Shown here: piece after piece, positions 27,527-37,653 of the stretch
How positions within the stretch are numbered: the stretch's first letter is position 1
How the letters are laid out: each line of letters begins with the position of its first letter
Source of the DNA: Maribacter sp.
Lineage (GTDB): Bacteria; Bacteroidota; Bacteroidia; Flavobacteriales; Flavobacteriaceae
DNA length: 64,000 nucleotides
Reading direction: 5' to 3'
Assembly: GCA_029287355.1 (NCBI GenBank)
Contig: JARFRH010000054.1
Coordinates: forward strand, 10,533-74,532
Made by a program: the position numbers and the translations under genes
Notes under the pieces: model-generated
The model's database searches: none
What the model saw: only the letters and a program-made list of their open reading frames with translations
What the model was told of the DNA's origin: nothing

Positions 27527-29005
27527 CTAAAACATTTTTTTCAATTCATTCTTTGTCACCTTACCTAAAACATTTCGGGGTAGTTCTTGAAGGACGATAA
27601 ATTTTCTTGGGACTTTGTATCCTGGCAATTCTTCTTTGAGCCAATCGGAAATGGAATTCGCAACGATTTCAGATTCGTTGGAAACAATACAGGCAGCAAC
27701 TACCTCTCCCCATTCCTCATCTGGAAGTCCGACAACCGCACAGTCATTTACAAGCTCATGCTTTCTAAGCACATCTTCGATTTCCAAGGCAGATATTTTA
27801 TAGCCGCCAGATTTGATAATGTCCACACTATCGCGTCCGAGTATTTTGTAAAGCCCGTTATTTAACATTCCAATATCGCCGGTAATGAACCAACCGTCTT
27901 TGGTAAATGCTTTTTGGGTGGCTTCCGGTTTTTGCCAATATTCCTTAAAAACACTTGGCCCTTTAATTTGGAATTCACCAGGCTCGTTTTCCATTACGGG
28001 ATTGTTATGTTCATCGACCAATCGCATTTCGACTCCCGGAAGCGGCAATCCTACATGCCCAGGTCTTCTTTCGCCTCTATATGAATTAGAAAGGCCCATG
28101 CCAATTTCAGTCATGCCATAACGTTCTAACAATGTTTGGCCTGTGATGCTCTTCCATTTTTCCAATACGGGTACGGGCAAGGCCGCAGATCCCGAAACCA
28201 TTAATCGAAGTTCTGATGCTGCTTTTGAAAGCTTTTTTTGTTCTTGTTCCGGTAAAGCCTCCCAAAAGGAAATCAACTTGTAATAAATGGTGGGCACGGC
28301 CATAAAAAGCGTGAGCCTTTCTGAGGCAAGAATTTTCCAAACATTTTCAGCATTGAACTTTGGCAAAAATTCGCAGCAGGCACCACTCCAAAGTGCACAA
28401 CTCATCACATTGATGATACCGTGTACATGATGCAAGGGCAAAATATTCAGAATATGGTCCTCTTTTTCCCATTCCCAGGCCTTGACCAATGCGGTTATCT
28501 GTGATTCGATATTGTCATGGGTGGTTACCACCCCTTTTGGTTTACTGGTCGTACCGCTGGTATACAAGATCATGGCACCTCGAGCGGAATCCACACGCGG
28601 TATTTCGCTGTTGTTTTCTTGAAGTATGGATTCTAATGGAACTACCGATATGCCAATACTCTTTTCCAATGGTTTTAAAAAGTCTAAACAGTCTTTATGC
28701 GCAATAACGATGTCTGCTCCGGTATCTTGCAAGACGTACTGAATTGAAGGTAATGGGTGCAAATCACATAGCGGTACTGCAATTCCACCCGCCGCCCAAA
28801 CGCCCCATTGTACCGCGGTATATTCAAAAGATGGAGGAATCAAAAAAGTAATTCGCGCTTCTTTGAGGTCTGGTTTGCCAGCCAATAGATTTGCCGCGAC
28901 ATTTCGAGCAGCTTTTAAAAGCTGCTCATAGGAATAGGCACTTCCGTTGGAAACCAAGGCTATTCGATCTTTGAAGTTCTTGGCCCTTTCTAGGAGTTGA
29001 ATCAT
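27527..29005 (-). CDS. AMP-binding acyl-CoA synthetase (short, about 490-aa class)
   Basis: 492 aa. AMP-binding motif ILYTSGTTSKPKGV, then ERYGMTE, TGDIG and a C-terminal GKV.K motif. Confidence 0.85.
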   Translation of the reverse strand: MIQLLERAKNFKDRIALVSNGSAYSYEQLLKAARNVAANLLAGKPDLKEARITFLIPPSFEYTAVQWGVWAAGGIAVPLCDLHPLPSIQYVLQDTGADIVIAHKDCLDFLKPLEKSIGISVVPLESILQENNSEIPRVDSARGAMILYTSGTTSKPKGVVTTHDNIESQITALVKAWEWEKEDHILNILPLHHVHGIINVMSCALWSGACCEFLPKFNAENVWKILASERLTLFMAVPTIYYKLISFWEALPEQEQKKLSKAASELRLMVSGSAALPVPVLEKWKSITGQTLLERYGMTEIGMGLSNSYRGERRPGHVGLPLPGVEMRLVDEHNNPVMENEPGEFQIKGPSVFKEYWQKPEATQKAFTKDGWFITGDIGMLNNGLYKILGRDSVDIIKSGGYKISALEIEDVLRKHELVNDCAVVGLPDEEWGEVVAACIVSNESEIVANSISDWLKEELPGYKVPRKFIVLQELPRNVLGKVTKNELKKMF

Positions 29006-29139
29006 AGGCTAAATATACGGAGATATTTGATTTATGGAGCCCTTTCCCTAGTAGGTGAAGGTGACATTGACGAAGCAATGATGACGGAAGGGTTTGAACA
29101 TGAACTATTGAAGTCTAGACCATGGGTCGGCTTTCGATT

Positions 29140-30198
29140 TCAAAGCGCTACAGTCTTCCCTGTTCTAAAAGATTCATCCGCAGCGAGTACTATTCTCAAG
29201 CTATTGACAGCATCGCGTAAATGGTCGTTTAAATCTAAATCTTCAGAAATGGCTTTAAGAAAAAATTCCTGCTCCAAAAGACAAAGGCCATCGTGGTCGG
29301 GTTCGTCCGAAGTGTCGATCAACTCATCTTTTTTCGTGAAATTTCCGTTTTCATCGGTGGAACTGTGGTGTAATTTCAAGGCCCCGGTTTTGGAGTGATC
29401 GTCAACACTATCGGAATCACCTTTGGCTTCATCGACAATCGAAACGCAACCTTTTGGCCCGATGACATCTTTGACAAAAAACGCGGTTTCGCTCATCATC
29501 GGTCCCCAACCTGCTTCGTACCAGCCAACGGACCCATCCTCAAAACGGACTTGCAACTGTCCGTAGTTGTACATTTTAGAATCGATTTCATCTGAAAGGC
29601 GCGCCCCAATAGCGCTCACACTGATAGGCACTGACTGGGTCATCAAACACATGACATCAACATAATGTACTCCGCAATCAACGATAGGAGACATGCTGTT
29701 CATCAACTGTTTGTGGGTGTACCAATTGTCGCCTGAACTTTGTTGGTTGAGGTTCATTCGCATCACCAGCGGTTTGCCTAAAGTTCGAGCCACTTCGACA
29801 AACTTGGCCCAGGCAGGATGCACTCTTAAAATATAACCCACCACCATTTTTTTATTTTTTACTTTAGCTAAATCAGCTAGACTTTGGGCATCTTCGACGG
29901 TGAGGGCCAAAGGTTTTTCCACAAACACATGGGCATCGGCATGCAGCGCTTTTCGAATATAATCGGCGTGTGTATCAGGATAGGTATTAATACTCACCGC
30001 ATCAGGATTTGTTTCCCGCAATGCGGATTCATAATTCCCAAAAGTGGGATAACCACCTAATTCTTGCGAAAGTTTTTCCCGACTCTCTGGTTTTCTACTG
30101 ACGAGGCCGACAATTTCAAACCCGTCCATTTGGTGGTAGGCACGAGCATGTGAAGTACCCATATTACCACATCCGACAACCAATATTTTTATTTTCAT
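29140..30198 (-). CDS. Gfo/Idh/MocA-family NAD(P)-dependent oxidoreductase
   Basis: 352 aa. N-terminal Rossmann motif KILVVGCGNMGTSHA and an EKP motif (VFVEKPLA). Confidence 0.85.
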   Translation of the reverse strand: MKIKILVVGCGNMGTSHARAYHQMDGFEIVGLVSRKPESREKLSQELGGYPTFGNYESALRETNPDAVSINTYPDTHADYIRKALHADAHVFVEKPLALTVEDAQSLADLAKVKNKKMVVGYILRVHPAWAKFVEVARTLGKPLVMRMNLNQQSSGDNWYTHKQLMNSMSPIVDCGVHYVDVMCLMTQSVPISVSAIGARLSDEIDSKMYNYGQLQVRFEDGSVGWYEAGWGPMMSETAFFVKDVIGPKGCVSIVDEAKGDSDSVDDHSKTGALKLHHSSTDENGNFTKKDELIDTSDEPDHDGLCLLEQEFFLKAISEDLDLNDHLRDAVNSLRIVLAADESFRTGKTVAL

Positions 30199-30212
30199 AT
30201 TTGTTTATTTTT

Positions 30213-30240
30213 CTGTCATTCCGGAGAAGGCCCGAACCTG
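30213..30240. repeat. Short intergenic repeat, copy 3
   Basis: ctgtcattccggagaaggcccgaacctg lies in the divergent region between the Gfo/Idh/MocA and sulfatase genes. Confidence 0.4.
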
Positions 30241-30292
30241 TTCATTGGTTTGTACTATATTTATAAGGAAGAACATCCTTGAAAATTAAACA

Positions 30293-31849
30293 ATGAAAAT
30301 GATAATACCAACCACTAAACCGAAGTTGTTCAGCTTGTTTTTTGTTTCCGCTCTAGGTGTGCTTTTTATTTCGGGAATGAAAGTTGAAAATGACGCTACT
30401 ACATACCAAGAATCACGACCCAATATCATCTTTATGATTGCTGATGATTGGTCCTATCCACATGCTGGTATTTATGGCGATAAAACCGTTCGAACACCAA
30501 CATTCGATGCTTTGGCCAAGAACGGGGCACTCTTTGAAAATGCCTATTGCGCCGCCCCGTCATGTGCCCCATCAAGGGCAAGTATTCTTTTGAGTCGCTA
30601 TCCACATCAAATGGAAAGTGCCGGAAATCTGTGGTCGGTTATTCCGGATAAATTTCCGAATTGGGTTTCCTTGCTGAAGGAAGCAGGCTATCATACGGGC
30701 AAAAGCAGAAAGGGTTGGGGTCCTGGTGATTTCGTGGCTGGCGGGTATGAACAGAATCCCGCTGGCAAGGATTATGTTGATTTTGACGCTTTTCTATTGG
30801 ATAAAAAGAGCGGTCAGCCTTTCTCTTATTGGTTCGGAAGCCAAGACCCTCACCGAGTTTATGAAACGAATACAGGGATCGAAACCGGTATGGATCCGAG
30901 CACTGTTCAAGTACCGGGTTTTCTCCCTGACTCGCCTTGTGTTCGCAACGATATCATGGATTATTATTTTGAAGTGGAACGTTTTGATCGGGAATCGGGA
31001 AATATTATCGCCACTTTGGAAAAAAAGGGGCTTTTGGAAAATACGATTATTGTAATGACCAGTGATAACGGAATGCCCTTTCCTCGCGCAAAAGCCACCT
31101 TGTACGATTATGGCACGCGCATGCCGCTGGCGATTTACTGGAAAGGTCATATCGAAGGGGGCTCACGAATTTCTGATTTTATGAATTTCGTTGATTTCGG
31201 ACCTACTTTTTTAGAAGCCGCTCGAATCGATATTCCACAAGAGTTTCAGGGAAATAGTGTATTGGAATTATTTTCCAAGGATAGAAAAAAATCAGACAGG
31301 AGTAAGGTGTTTTTGGAAAGAGAGCGCCATGCGAATGTGAGAAATGGGGATTTAAGTTACCCAGTTCGCGCGATTCGCACCAAGGACTTCTTACTTATGA
31401 AAAATTTCGAACCAGACCGTTGGCCCGCAGGAGATCCTGATGCACATATTTCAGTGGGGCAGTATGGCGATGTAGACAACTCTATTTCGAAGTTTCTAAT
31501 AATGAAGATGGAGGATAGGCCATCTGATAAAGATTATTTTCAATTGGCCTTGGGCAAACGGCCGTCAGAAGAATTATATGTTTTGGCCAACGACCCCTAC
31601 AACCTGAAGAATGAAATCAATAACCCCAAGTATAAACAAGAGTTAGCGGTCTTACGCAAAAATTTGGCAGAATGGATGATTGAGAAGAATGATCTACGCG
31701 CTACAGTGCCACAAACCATGTATTGGGATACGGTTTTATATACACCTGACTATAAATTCTTCAATTACGATTTAGATAAAAAGATCAGCAATTATAAAAT
31801 GGCTATTCGAGAAGGTGGGAAGTTTAAGGAAATTCCATGTGACCAATAA
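30293..31849 (+). CDS. Formylglycine-dependent sulfatase (secreted)
   Basis: 518 aa with a signal/TM segment. NIIFMIADDWSYPHAG, the CxPxR motif within CAPSRASILLSRYPH, and TSDNGMPFPR. Confidence 0.85.
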   Translation: MKMIIPTTKPKLFSLFFVSALGVLFISGMKVENDATTYQESRPNIIFMIADDWSYPHAGIYGDKTVRTPTFDALAKNGALFENAYCAAPSCAPSRASILLSRYPHQMESAGNLWSVIPDKFPNWVSLLKEAGYHTGKSRKGWGPGDFVAGGYEQNPAGKDYVDFDAFLLDKKSGQPFSYWFGSQDPHRVYETNTGIETGMDPSTVQVPGFLPDSPCVRNDIMDYYFEVERFDRESGNIIATLEKKGLLENTIIVMTSDNGMPFPRAKATLYDYGTRMPLAIYWKGHIEGGSRISDFMNFVDFGPTFLEAARIDIPQEFQGNSVLELFSKDRKKSDRSKVFLERERHANVRNGDLSYPVRAIRTKDFLLMKNFEPDRWPAGDPDAHISVGQYGDVDNSISKFLIMKMEDRPSDKDYFQLALGKRPSEELYVLANDPYNLKNEINNPKYKQELAVLRKNLAEWMIEKNDLRATVPQTMYWDTVLYTPDYKFFNYDLDKKISNYKMAIREGGKFKEIPCDQ

Positions 31850-31868
31850 GAGCATCTCGCTTCAGTAC

Positions 31869-34019
31869 CTAGGGGGTTTCCAAAGCAAAAGCCACGATTT
31901 GATTCCCTTTTTCTGTTCCCAATTTTTCTCCACCACAAGCAATGGCAATATATTGCTTGCCATTGACTTCGTACATGGCAGGCGTCGCAAAAGCTGCTGC
32001 AGGAAGCTTATATTCCCAAAGGATTTCACCAGTGTGTTTGTCAAATACCCTAAAATAACCGTCACGGGTGGCCCCTATGAATAGGAGCCCGTTTTCGGTA
32101 ACTACCGGTCCGCCGTAATTTTCAGTTCCCGTACCCTTACCTTTTTCTCCTAATTCGGGTGTATCCCCTAAGGGAATCGACCAAATATACTCACCGGTAT
32201 TTAAATCAATGGCGTGCATGGTGCCCCAGGGCGGAGATATGCCCGGCAGGCCATTATTATCTAAGAACTTATCGTATCCGGTGTGCTTGTATCCTTTTTT
32301 CTGGGGCTCAGTTTGATTGGTTGCGATACCTTCTTTTTCAATTCCATTAGGTTGTACTTCCTGTCCCCATAAAAAAGACAAAAGGGCTTCTTTTTCTTCT
32401 TTTTTTAGTTGCGGAAAACCGGTCATCATTCCCTTCCCCTGCACAATAATAGCGGCGACTTCATCTTTTTCTTTTCGCAATTGTAAATCCAATAATGATG
32501 GATACCCACTGGCTACAAGACCTTTTCTATCCGCTTGATGGCAACTGATGCAGTATTTTTGATAGGTAGCCTTGCCTATTGGGGTAGCTTCGGAAATACC
32601 ATCTTCCAGACCAACTTGAAGGTTCCAAGCCATTTCGTTGGCGTTGACATAAAGAATGCCATCTTCGGGATCCGTTGCCGCCCCGCCCCATTCGGCTGCG
32701 CCATCATAGCCCGGAAATAGAAAAACAGGGCTTAGTGCTGGCGGAGCATATTGACGCTTATCCGCGGAGTTGTATAATTCCAGTAATTCGTCTTTGTTTT
32801 CCGCAAACGGACTGATATCGGCATCTGTCAAATCTTGTGATTGTCGAGCAAACGGTTTTGGCATGACTGGTATCGGTTGGGTGGGCCAAGCTTTTTCCCC
32901 TACCAATGTAGAAGAAGGCACAGGCACTTCTTCAATGTCGAATAAAGGTGCTCCCGTTATTCGATGAAACACATAGACATACCCTTGCTTGGTGACTTGA
33001 GCTACTGCGGGAATCTTTTTTCCATCTCGCTCCACCATCAAAAGATTCGGGGGAGCCGGTGGATCACGGTCCCAAATATCATGATGGGTAAATTGAAAAT
33101 GCCAAAGGCGCTCTCCGCTATTTGCATCCAGCGCCAATAGGCAATTCGCATATAAATTACTACCTAAACGATCTCCGCCATAGAAATCTGGAGCTGCGGA
33201 ACCTGTTGGAATATAAATGATTCCGGCCTCTTCGTCCACAGCCATTCCGGCCCAATTGTTGGCCGCGCCAACTACATCGCTTTTGTAGGCATTCTTATTT
33301 TCCCAAGTTTCATACCCTTCTTCTCCTGGGTGAGGTATAGTGTGAAATACCCATTCCAATTTCCCCGTAATCACATTAAACGCCATAACATCCCCAGGAG
33401 CAGCGCCAACTCCTTCTGACAAGCGAAGGGGCATCACGATAATATCTTTGTAAATTGTTCCTGGTGTGTTTGAAATGACAAATTTTTCCTTGGCCGATTC
33501 CAGCATTCCTGAACGCATATCAATTTTTCCGTTATCGCCAAAGGAAGGAATTGGTTTTCCCGTTAGTGCATTCAAAGCGAATAAATCCGGACCACGAGTA
33601 ACTAAAATGCGCTTATCTTTTCCTTTTTCCCAATATGAAAGGCCTCGTGATGTGGAATGCCAAACTTTTACTGAATCACCGAACTGCCATATTTCTTTTC
33701 CGGATTCGGAATTCAAAGCTACTACGCGCAGTGCTGCCGTAACGCCATATAAAATACTGTCTACCACCAATGGGTTCATCTGCATTTGTCCCCAATCCGC
33801 GGCCTCATATGACCAAGCCACTTTTAATTCTTTTGCATTTTCCTTGGTGATTTGGGAAAGGGTGGAGTAGTGGCTACGACCTGGATCACCTAGATAGGAA
33901 GACCATGTTGTATGTTCTTTTTTAGGCGGTACTTTTTCTTCGGAATTGTTACAGCTTTGAAAAACCAGCGTAGCTAAAGTCAAAAATAAGAGCGGAATAA
34001 TGAACTTTTTGAAAAGCAT
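31869..34019 (-). CDS. PQQ-dependent dehydrogenase lipoprotein with an internal c-type cytochrome domain
   Basis: 716 aa with a lipobox (VFQSC). Beta-propeller W-motif repeats typical of quinoprotein dehydrogenases. CISCH heme-binding motif at about aa 490 (nt 32538-32552), with propeller-like sequence resuming afterwards. Confidence 0.75.
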   Translation of the reverse strand: MLFKKFIIPLLFLTLATLVFQSCNNSEEKVPPKKEHTTWSSYLGDPGRSHYSTLSQITKENAKELKVAWSYEAADWGQMQMNPLVVDSILYGVTAALRVVALNSESGKEIWQFGDSVKVWHSTSRGLSYWEKGKDKRILVTRGPDLFALNALTGKPIPSFGDNGKIDMRSGMLESAKEKFVISNTPGTIYKDIIVMPLRLSEGVGAAPGDVMAFNVITGKLEWVFHTIPHPGEEGYETWENKNAYKSDVVGAANNWAGMAVDEEAGIIYIPTGSAAPDFYGGDRLGSNLYANCLLALDANSGERLWHFQFTHHDIWDRDPPAPPNLLMVERDGKKIPAVAQVTKQGYVYVFHRITGAPLFDIEEVPVPSSTLVGEKAWPTQPIPVMPKPFARQSQDLTDADISPFAENKDELLELYNSADKRQYAPPALSPVFLFPGYDGAAEWGGAATDPEDGILYVNANEMAWNLQVGLEDGISEATPIGKATYQKYCISCHQADRKGLVASGYPSLLDLQLRKEKDEVAAIIVQGKGMMTGFPQLKKEEKEALLSFLWGQEVQPNGIEKEGIATNQTEPQKKGYKHTGYDKFLDNNGLPGISPPWGTMHAIDLNTGEYIWSIPLGDTPELGEKGKGTGTENYGGPVVTENGLLFIGATRDGYFRVFDKHTGEILWEYKLPAAAFATPAMYEVNGKQYIAIACGGEKLGTEKGNQIVAFALETP

Positions 34020-34163
34020 ATTTCGAAACGGATGATTTCTTTAAAAGTAAGGAATTTATAGCTTCATTCAGAGTTCGACACACTGATTGGTTCTCGCCTT
34101 ATTGAATCCATTTTTCAACACTCTTTTTGAATGCTCACTATCCAGATTTTTAAGCCAAAACAA

Positions 34164-35666
34164 TTACCTGCTTGTTAAGAACTCCCGAATATCCTTTGAT
34201 AGTTTTATCAAATCAGGTTGATGGGTATACATCATATGGCCCGCCTCGTAATAGGTCATTTCAACTCGATCTGTGACGATACCGTTGCGAGCAAAAGTAT
34301 ATTCCGCATCGAAAAACGGAGTTATCAAGTCATAATACCCACTGGCTACCATTACTTTCATTGCGGGATTTCGTCGCATGGTTTCCCCTAAGTGAGGCGC
34401 AGTATTTACCGGCATGGGTTCCCAATATTGTCCATCAGGCGCTGTACGCCAACGCCAATTGCTCCCTCCTCCAGAAGTAATATAAGGCCTGTCCATTTTT
34501 ATTTTCAGCTCCGAGGCAAAATAGTGGTTTAACGCAGCGGTATAGGCTGAACTGATTTGATAGCTCGCTGCATCGCCCAAATGTGGGCGTTCAGCAACCT
34601 TATCAACTTCATCCCCCATAAAACGGCCATCTAAACGACCAATGGCCAGTCCTTTTTCTTCTAAAAGTTTCTTTTGAAAACGCCCCATAAGAATCCGTAA
34701 GTTGGAATGTAGAATGTACTTTTTATCTAGCCCCGTGAAATAGCTTAGCTTTTCAGCGATCGCCATCTCTTCGGCCTTGCTCAAAAGATTTCCCTTATAA
34801 AGTGCGGGCGTGTAGGTTTCATAGGTGAACTTTCTACACTCTTCCACAAAGTCTTCCAGTGTTTTTCCCTGACCCGCTTTTTTATGATACCAAGCCGTGG
34901 CCGCCATGCTAGGCAAATAGGTAATGTATGATGTCATGTTGTGATGAATCGATGTGGACCCAGCATAATCCAATGCTTGCGAAATTAAAATCATTCCGTT
35001 TAGGGCCATGTTCTGTCCCGAGCCCTCAAGCGCTTTCCCCAAATAGGCTGCACGAGTAGTACCATAACTTTCTCCTGCCAGATATTTGGGCGAGAACCAG
35101 CGTTCATTTTCGGTCACCCATTTGCGTATGAATTGGGCAAAAGAATCGACATCCTCTTTGAGCCCATAAAAATCCTTGCCCTTTCCTTTTCCTAAGAGCC
35201 GGCTATAGCCTGTGCCTACGGGGTCGATAAAGACTAGATCGGTAAGATCCAGTAATCCGTGATCATTATTGACCAAGTTGTACGGTGCAGCACCATCGTC
35301 TTGTAGTGCATCGGAATCTACTTTGACCACTTTCGGCCCAAAAAACCCCATATGTAACCACATCGATGCCGAACCCGGGCCTCCATTGAATACAAATGTC
35401 ACAGGTCTTTTGCCTACATCCCCCATGGGGGTTTTAGTGTAAGCGACAGACCAAAAAGAGGCAATGGAATCTCCTTTTTTGTTGACTAGATAGGTTTCTT
35501 TGGCTGTTGCCTTATAGTTGATGGTTTTGCTACCGAAAACGCCTTGATGGGTTGTTTCAAATGATTTCGCCTTCGGAATGGGTTTGATTTCTTCTTTCTT
35601 TTCTTCCTTTTGAGCGTATGCCAATAGCCCGAATAGCAGTAGTATGGATAATATACTTTTTTTCAT
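34164..35666 (-). CDS. S10-family serine carboxypeptidase (secreted)
   Basis: 500 aa with a signal peptide. NGGPGSASMWLHMG and the catalytic Ser block GESYGTTRA. Confidence 0.8.
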   Translation of the reverse strand: MKKSILSILLLFGLLAYAQKEEKKEEIKPIPKAKSFETTHQGVFGSKTINYKATAKETYLVNKKGDSIASFWSVAYTKTPMGDVGKRPVTFVFNGGPGSASMWLHMGFFGPKVVKVDSDALQDDGAAPYNLVNNDHGLLDLTDLVFIDPVGTGYSRLLGKGKGKDFYGLKEDVDSFAQFIRKWVTENERWFSPKYLAGESYGTTRAAYLGKALEGSGQNMALNGMILISQALDYAGSTSIHHNMTSYITYLPSMAATAWYHKKAGQGKTLEDFVEECRKFTYETYTPALYKGNLLSKAEEMAIAEKLSYFTGLDKKYILHSNLRILMGRFQKKLLEEKGLAIGRLDGRFMGDEVDKVAERPHLGDAASYQISSAYTAALNHYFASELKIKMDRPYITSGGGSNWRWRTAPDGQYWEPMPVNTAPHLGETMRRNPAMKVMVASGYYDLITPFFDAEYTFARNGIVTDRVEMTYYEAGHMMYTHQPDLIKLSKDIREFLTSR

Positions 35667-35679
35667 CTTAATGGATGGT

Positions 35680-36789
35680 TTAGTTGGTTTGTATTCCTTG
35701 TAAAATCTCGTTTAACTTCTTTTCGTAGGCCTTTGCGTATTGCTCCATCCCTAAATCTGTTGGGTGTGTTCCATCAACAAAGGCATCATTTGAAAGATTG
35801 ATTTTACTTCGCGATAATAGATAAAGATTTCTTGCTCCATTGCGTTGTAATTCAACAAAAACTTCGCTTGTCCAGCGATTAAGGGATTCATAAACTGCCT
35901 TTCGAGAGCTATCTACTTCACCATCGCTATACCCAGCATGTTGCGCTAATAGAATTCTGGCTTTCGGTCTAATGTCGGCAATGTGTAGAATGCTATTACG
36001 GAGGCGTCTTTTGATTTCCTCTTCGGTACGCTCCTCGTTCGGGCTCAAATTAGGAAGACAATCCAGCACATAAATCGCAGCATCGACCTCTGTAACCAAA
36101 TCAAGTACTTCAGGTTCTAGGCGCCCATTGCCCGAAAAACCCAAATTCACGACAGGATGATCTAATTTTCGTCCTAAAATGTTTGTCCATGCCATACCCG
36201 GTCGTGAAGCACATGCGCCTTGTGCGATAGAAGTACCGTATACCACAATTGGCTTTTCCTTTCGCTGTGGAAGAAATTTGATTTTACTTCCTTCCGGTAT
36301 TCCAATCTTCAAGTTTTTGCAATTGTTGTACAAGGGAAGGTATAATTGATATTCTCGCCCTTCTGGCGGACTTTTTTCTGTCTTAAAATGGAATTGAACT
36401 TTATCGCCAAATGTGTTTTTTCCTCGGTACCATAACCATTTATCCGTATCGGTTTTTCCATATAAATCGATTCCGCTAACACCCGTAGCCGGCATATGGT
36501 TCATAGCATGATTTCCATCGACCTCATATTCGATTTGAAGACTATCCGCATCCGTTGTGAAACGAATTGCGAGTCCGGCTGCATGTCTGGAAAGCGACCA
36601 AACAGGATTTCTTACTACACCCTCTGCCTTGTCTGGCAATCGAGTGTATCCGATACCGGACCAGCCTTGACCTTCAATTTCATCTATACTGTTTAAAGGA
36701 TCCCGCCAATCATATGGCTCGGTTTGCTGGGATATTATGCTACTAATGGAGAACAGAAAGAGTGCTAAAAAAGAGGGTGTCACACGCAT
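35680..36789 (-). CDS. SGNH/GDSL hydrolase with N-terminal GxDLY beta-sandwich domain (carbohydrate esterase-like)
   Basis: 369 aa with a signal peptide. GIDLYG motif in the N-terminal domain, the SGNH block I VVYGTSIAQG, and a C-terminal DGTHPTD block. Confidence 0.75.
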   Translation of the reverse strand: MRVTPSFLALFLFSISSIISQQTEPYDWRDPLNSIDEIEGQGWSGIGYTRLPDKAEGVVRNPVWSLSRHAAGLAIRFTTDADSLQIEYEVDGNHAMNHMPATGVSGIDLYGKTDTDKWLWYRGKNTFGDKVQFHFKTEKSPPEGREYQLYLPLYNNCKNLKIGIPEGSKIKFLPQRKEKPIVVYGTSIAQGACASRPGMAWTNILGRKLDHPVVNLGFSGNGRLEPEVLDLVTEVDAAIYVLDCLPNLSPNEERTEEEIKRRLRNSILHIADIRPKARILLAQHAGYSDGEVDSSRKAVYESLNRWTSEVFVELQRNGARNLYLLSRSKINLSNDAFVDGTHPTDLGMEQYAKAYEKKLNEILQGIQTN

Positions 36790-36796
36790 ATATAGG

Positions 36797-37531
36797 TTAC
36801 ATTTTTGTTTTTACGGCTCTATCTCCAGTATGATCCACACCTTGTTCTCGTTCTAATGCGATCATGGCTGCAGGTCTAAAATTCGTAATTAAAGCGCGTC
36901 GATGCTCGCCAGTGGAGTTTCCGCGGCTATAGTGTAAAGTGCCGCCTTGATGAAATACACATGAGCCCGGTTGCAGCTCAATAAACACAGAATTTTCTTC
37001 ACTCCCTTCGCATTTTAGGGCCCCTTTGTTGCCCGTTTGAACATGGGGCAGTATTGAAGACAAATGAGATTTTGGCGTATACCACATGCAGCCGTTTTCT
37101 TTGTAGGCGTGGTCAATGGCCACCCAACAACTTGCGGCGCGCTTATCGGGCATCGCAATCCAATAGGCGGCATCTTGGTGCCAGGGGGTTATCGTATTGG
37201 TATTTGGAGCTTTATTGATCAACATATCAAAATCAAGCTCGATATCATCGCCCATTAAAATCTTCGCTATTTCCAATGATTTTTTATGGATGGGTTTCTG
37301 TAATAATTCAGGAACCAGTTTGCTTGGCACCATGATTTGGGTAATCTTTTCTGTTTTCCCATCACCACCAGAAAGGTCAGAACGATAACGGGAAGCGTTG
37401 ATGCTATTGTTTAAAAAAGAACGGTAAAGATTGCTATAGTAGTCTACTTCGGTTTTGTCAAGCATATTCTCGATTACTAAATATCCTTCTTTTTCAAAAA
37501 ATGATTTCTGTTCTTGAGATAGCACGGGCAT
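36797..37531 (-). CDS. Phytanoyl-CoA dioxygenase (PhyH) family Fe(II)/2-oxoglutarate oxygenase
   Basis: 244 aa. FFEKEGYLVIENML, the HxD motif in WHQDAAYW, and a distal His (GGTLHYSRGN). Confidence 0.8.
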   Translation of the reverse strand: MPVLSQEQKSFFEKEGYLVIENMLDKTEVDYYSNLYRSFLNNSINASRYRSDLSGGDGKTEKITQIMVPSKLVPELLQKPIHKKSLEIAKILMGDDIELDFDMLINKAPNTNTITPWHQDAAYWIAMPDKRAASCWVAIDHAYKENGCMWYTPKSHLSSILPHVQTGNKGALKCEGSEENSVFIELQPGSCVFHQGGTLHYSRGNSTGEHRRALITNFRPAAMIALEREQGVDHTGDRAVKTKM

Positions 37532-37653
37532 GGTCTTTAATTGTAATGAAAGGTAAAGAAAATTTCATTTTGGAAGCATGAATACGGGTAGATTCCTAAG
37601 TTCTAGTATTATTTACTTAAATTGAGGGAGAATAACCAATCAGAACCTTTATC

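Noticed and set aside
28997-29398. 133-aa plus-strand ORF spanning the acyl-CoA synthetase / Gfo-Idh-MocA junction. The same applies to similar antisense ORFs such as 30726-31150, 33466-33870, 40403-40741, 42938-43321 and 61212-61801.
   Set aside because: They are antisense to or overlap strongly supported genes, and none has a recognisable motif.
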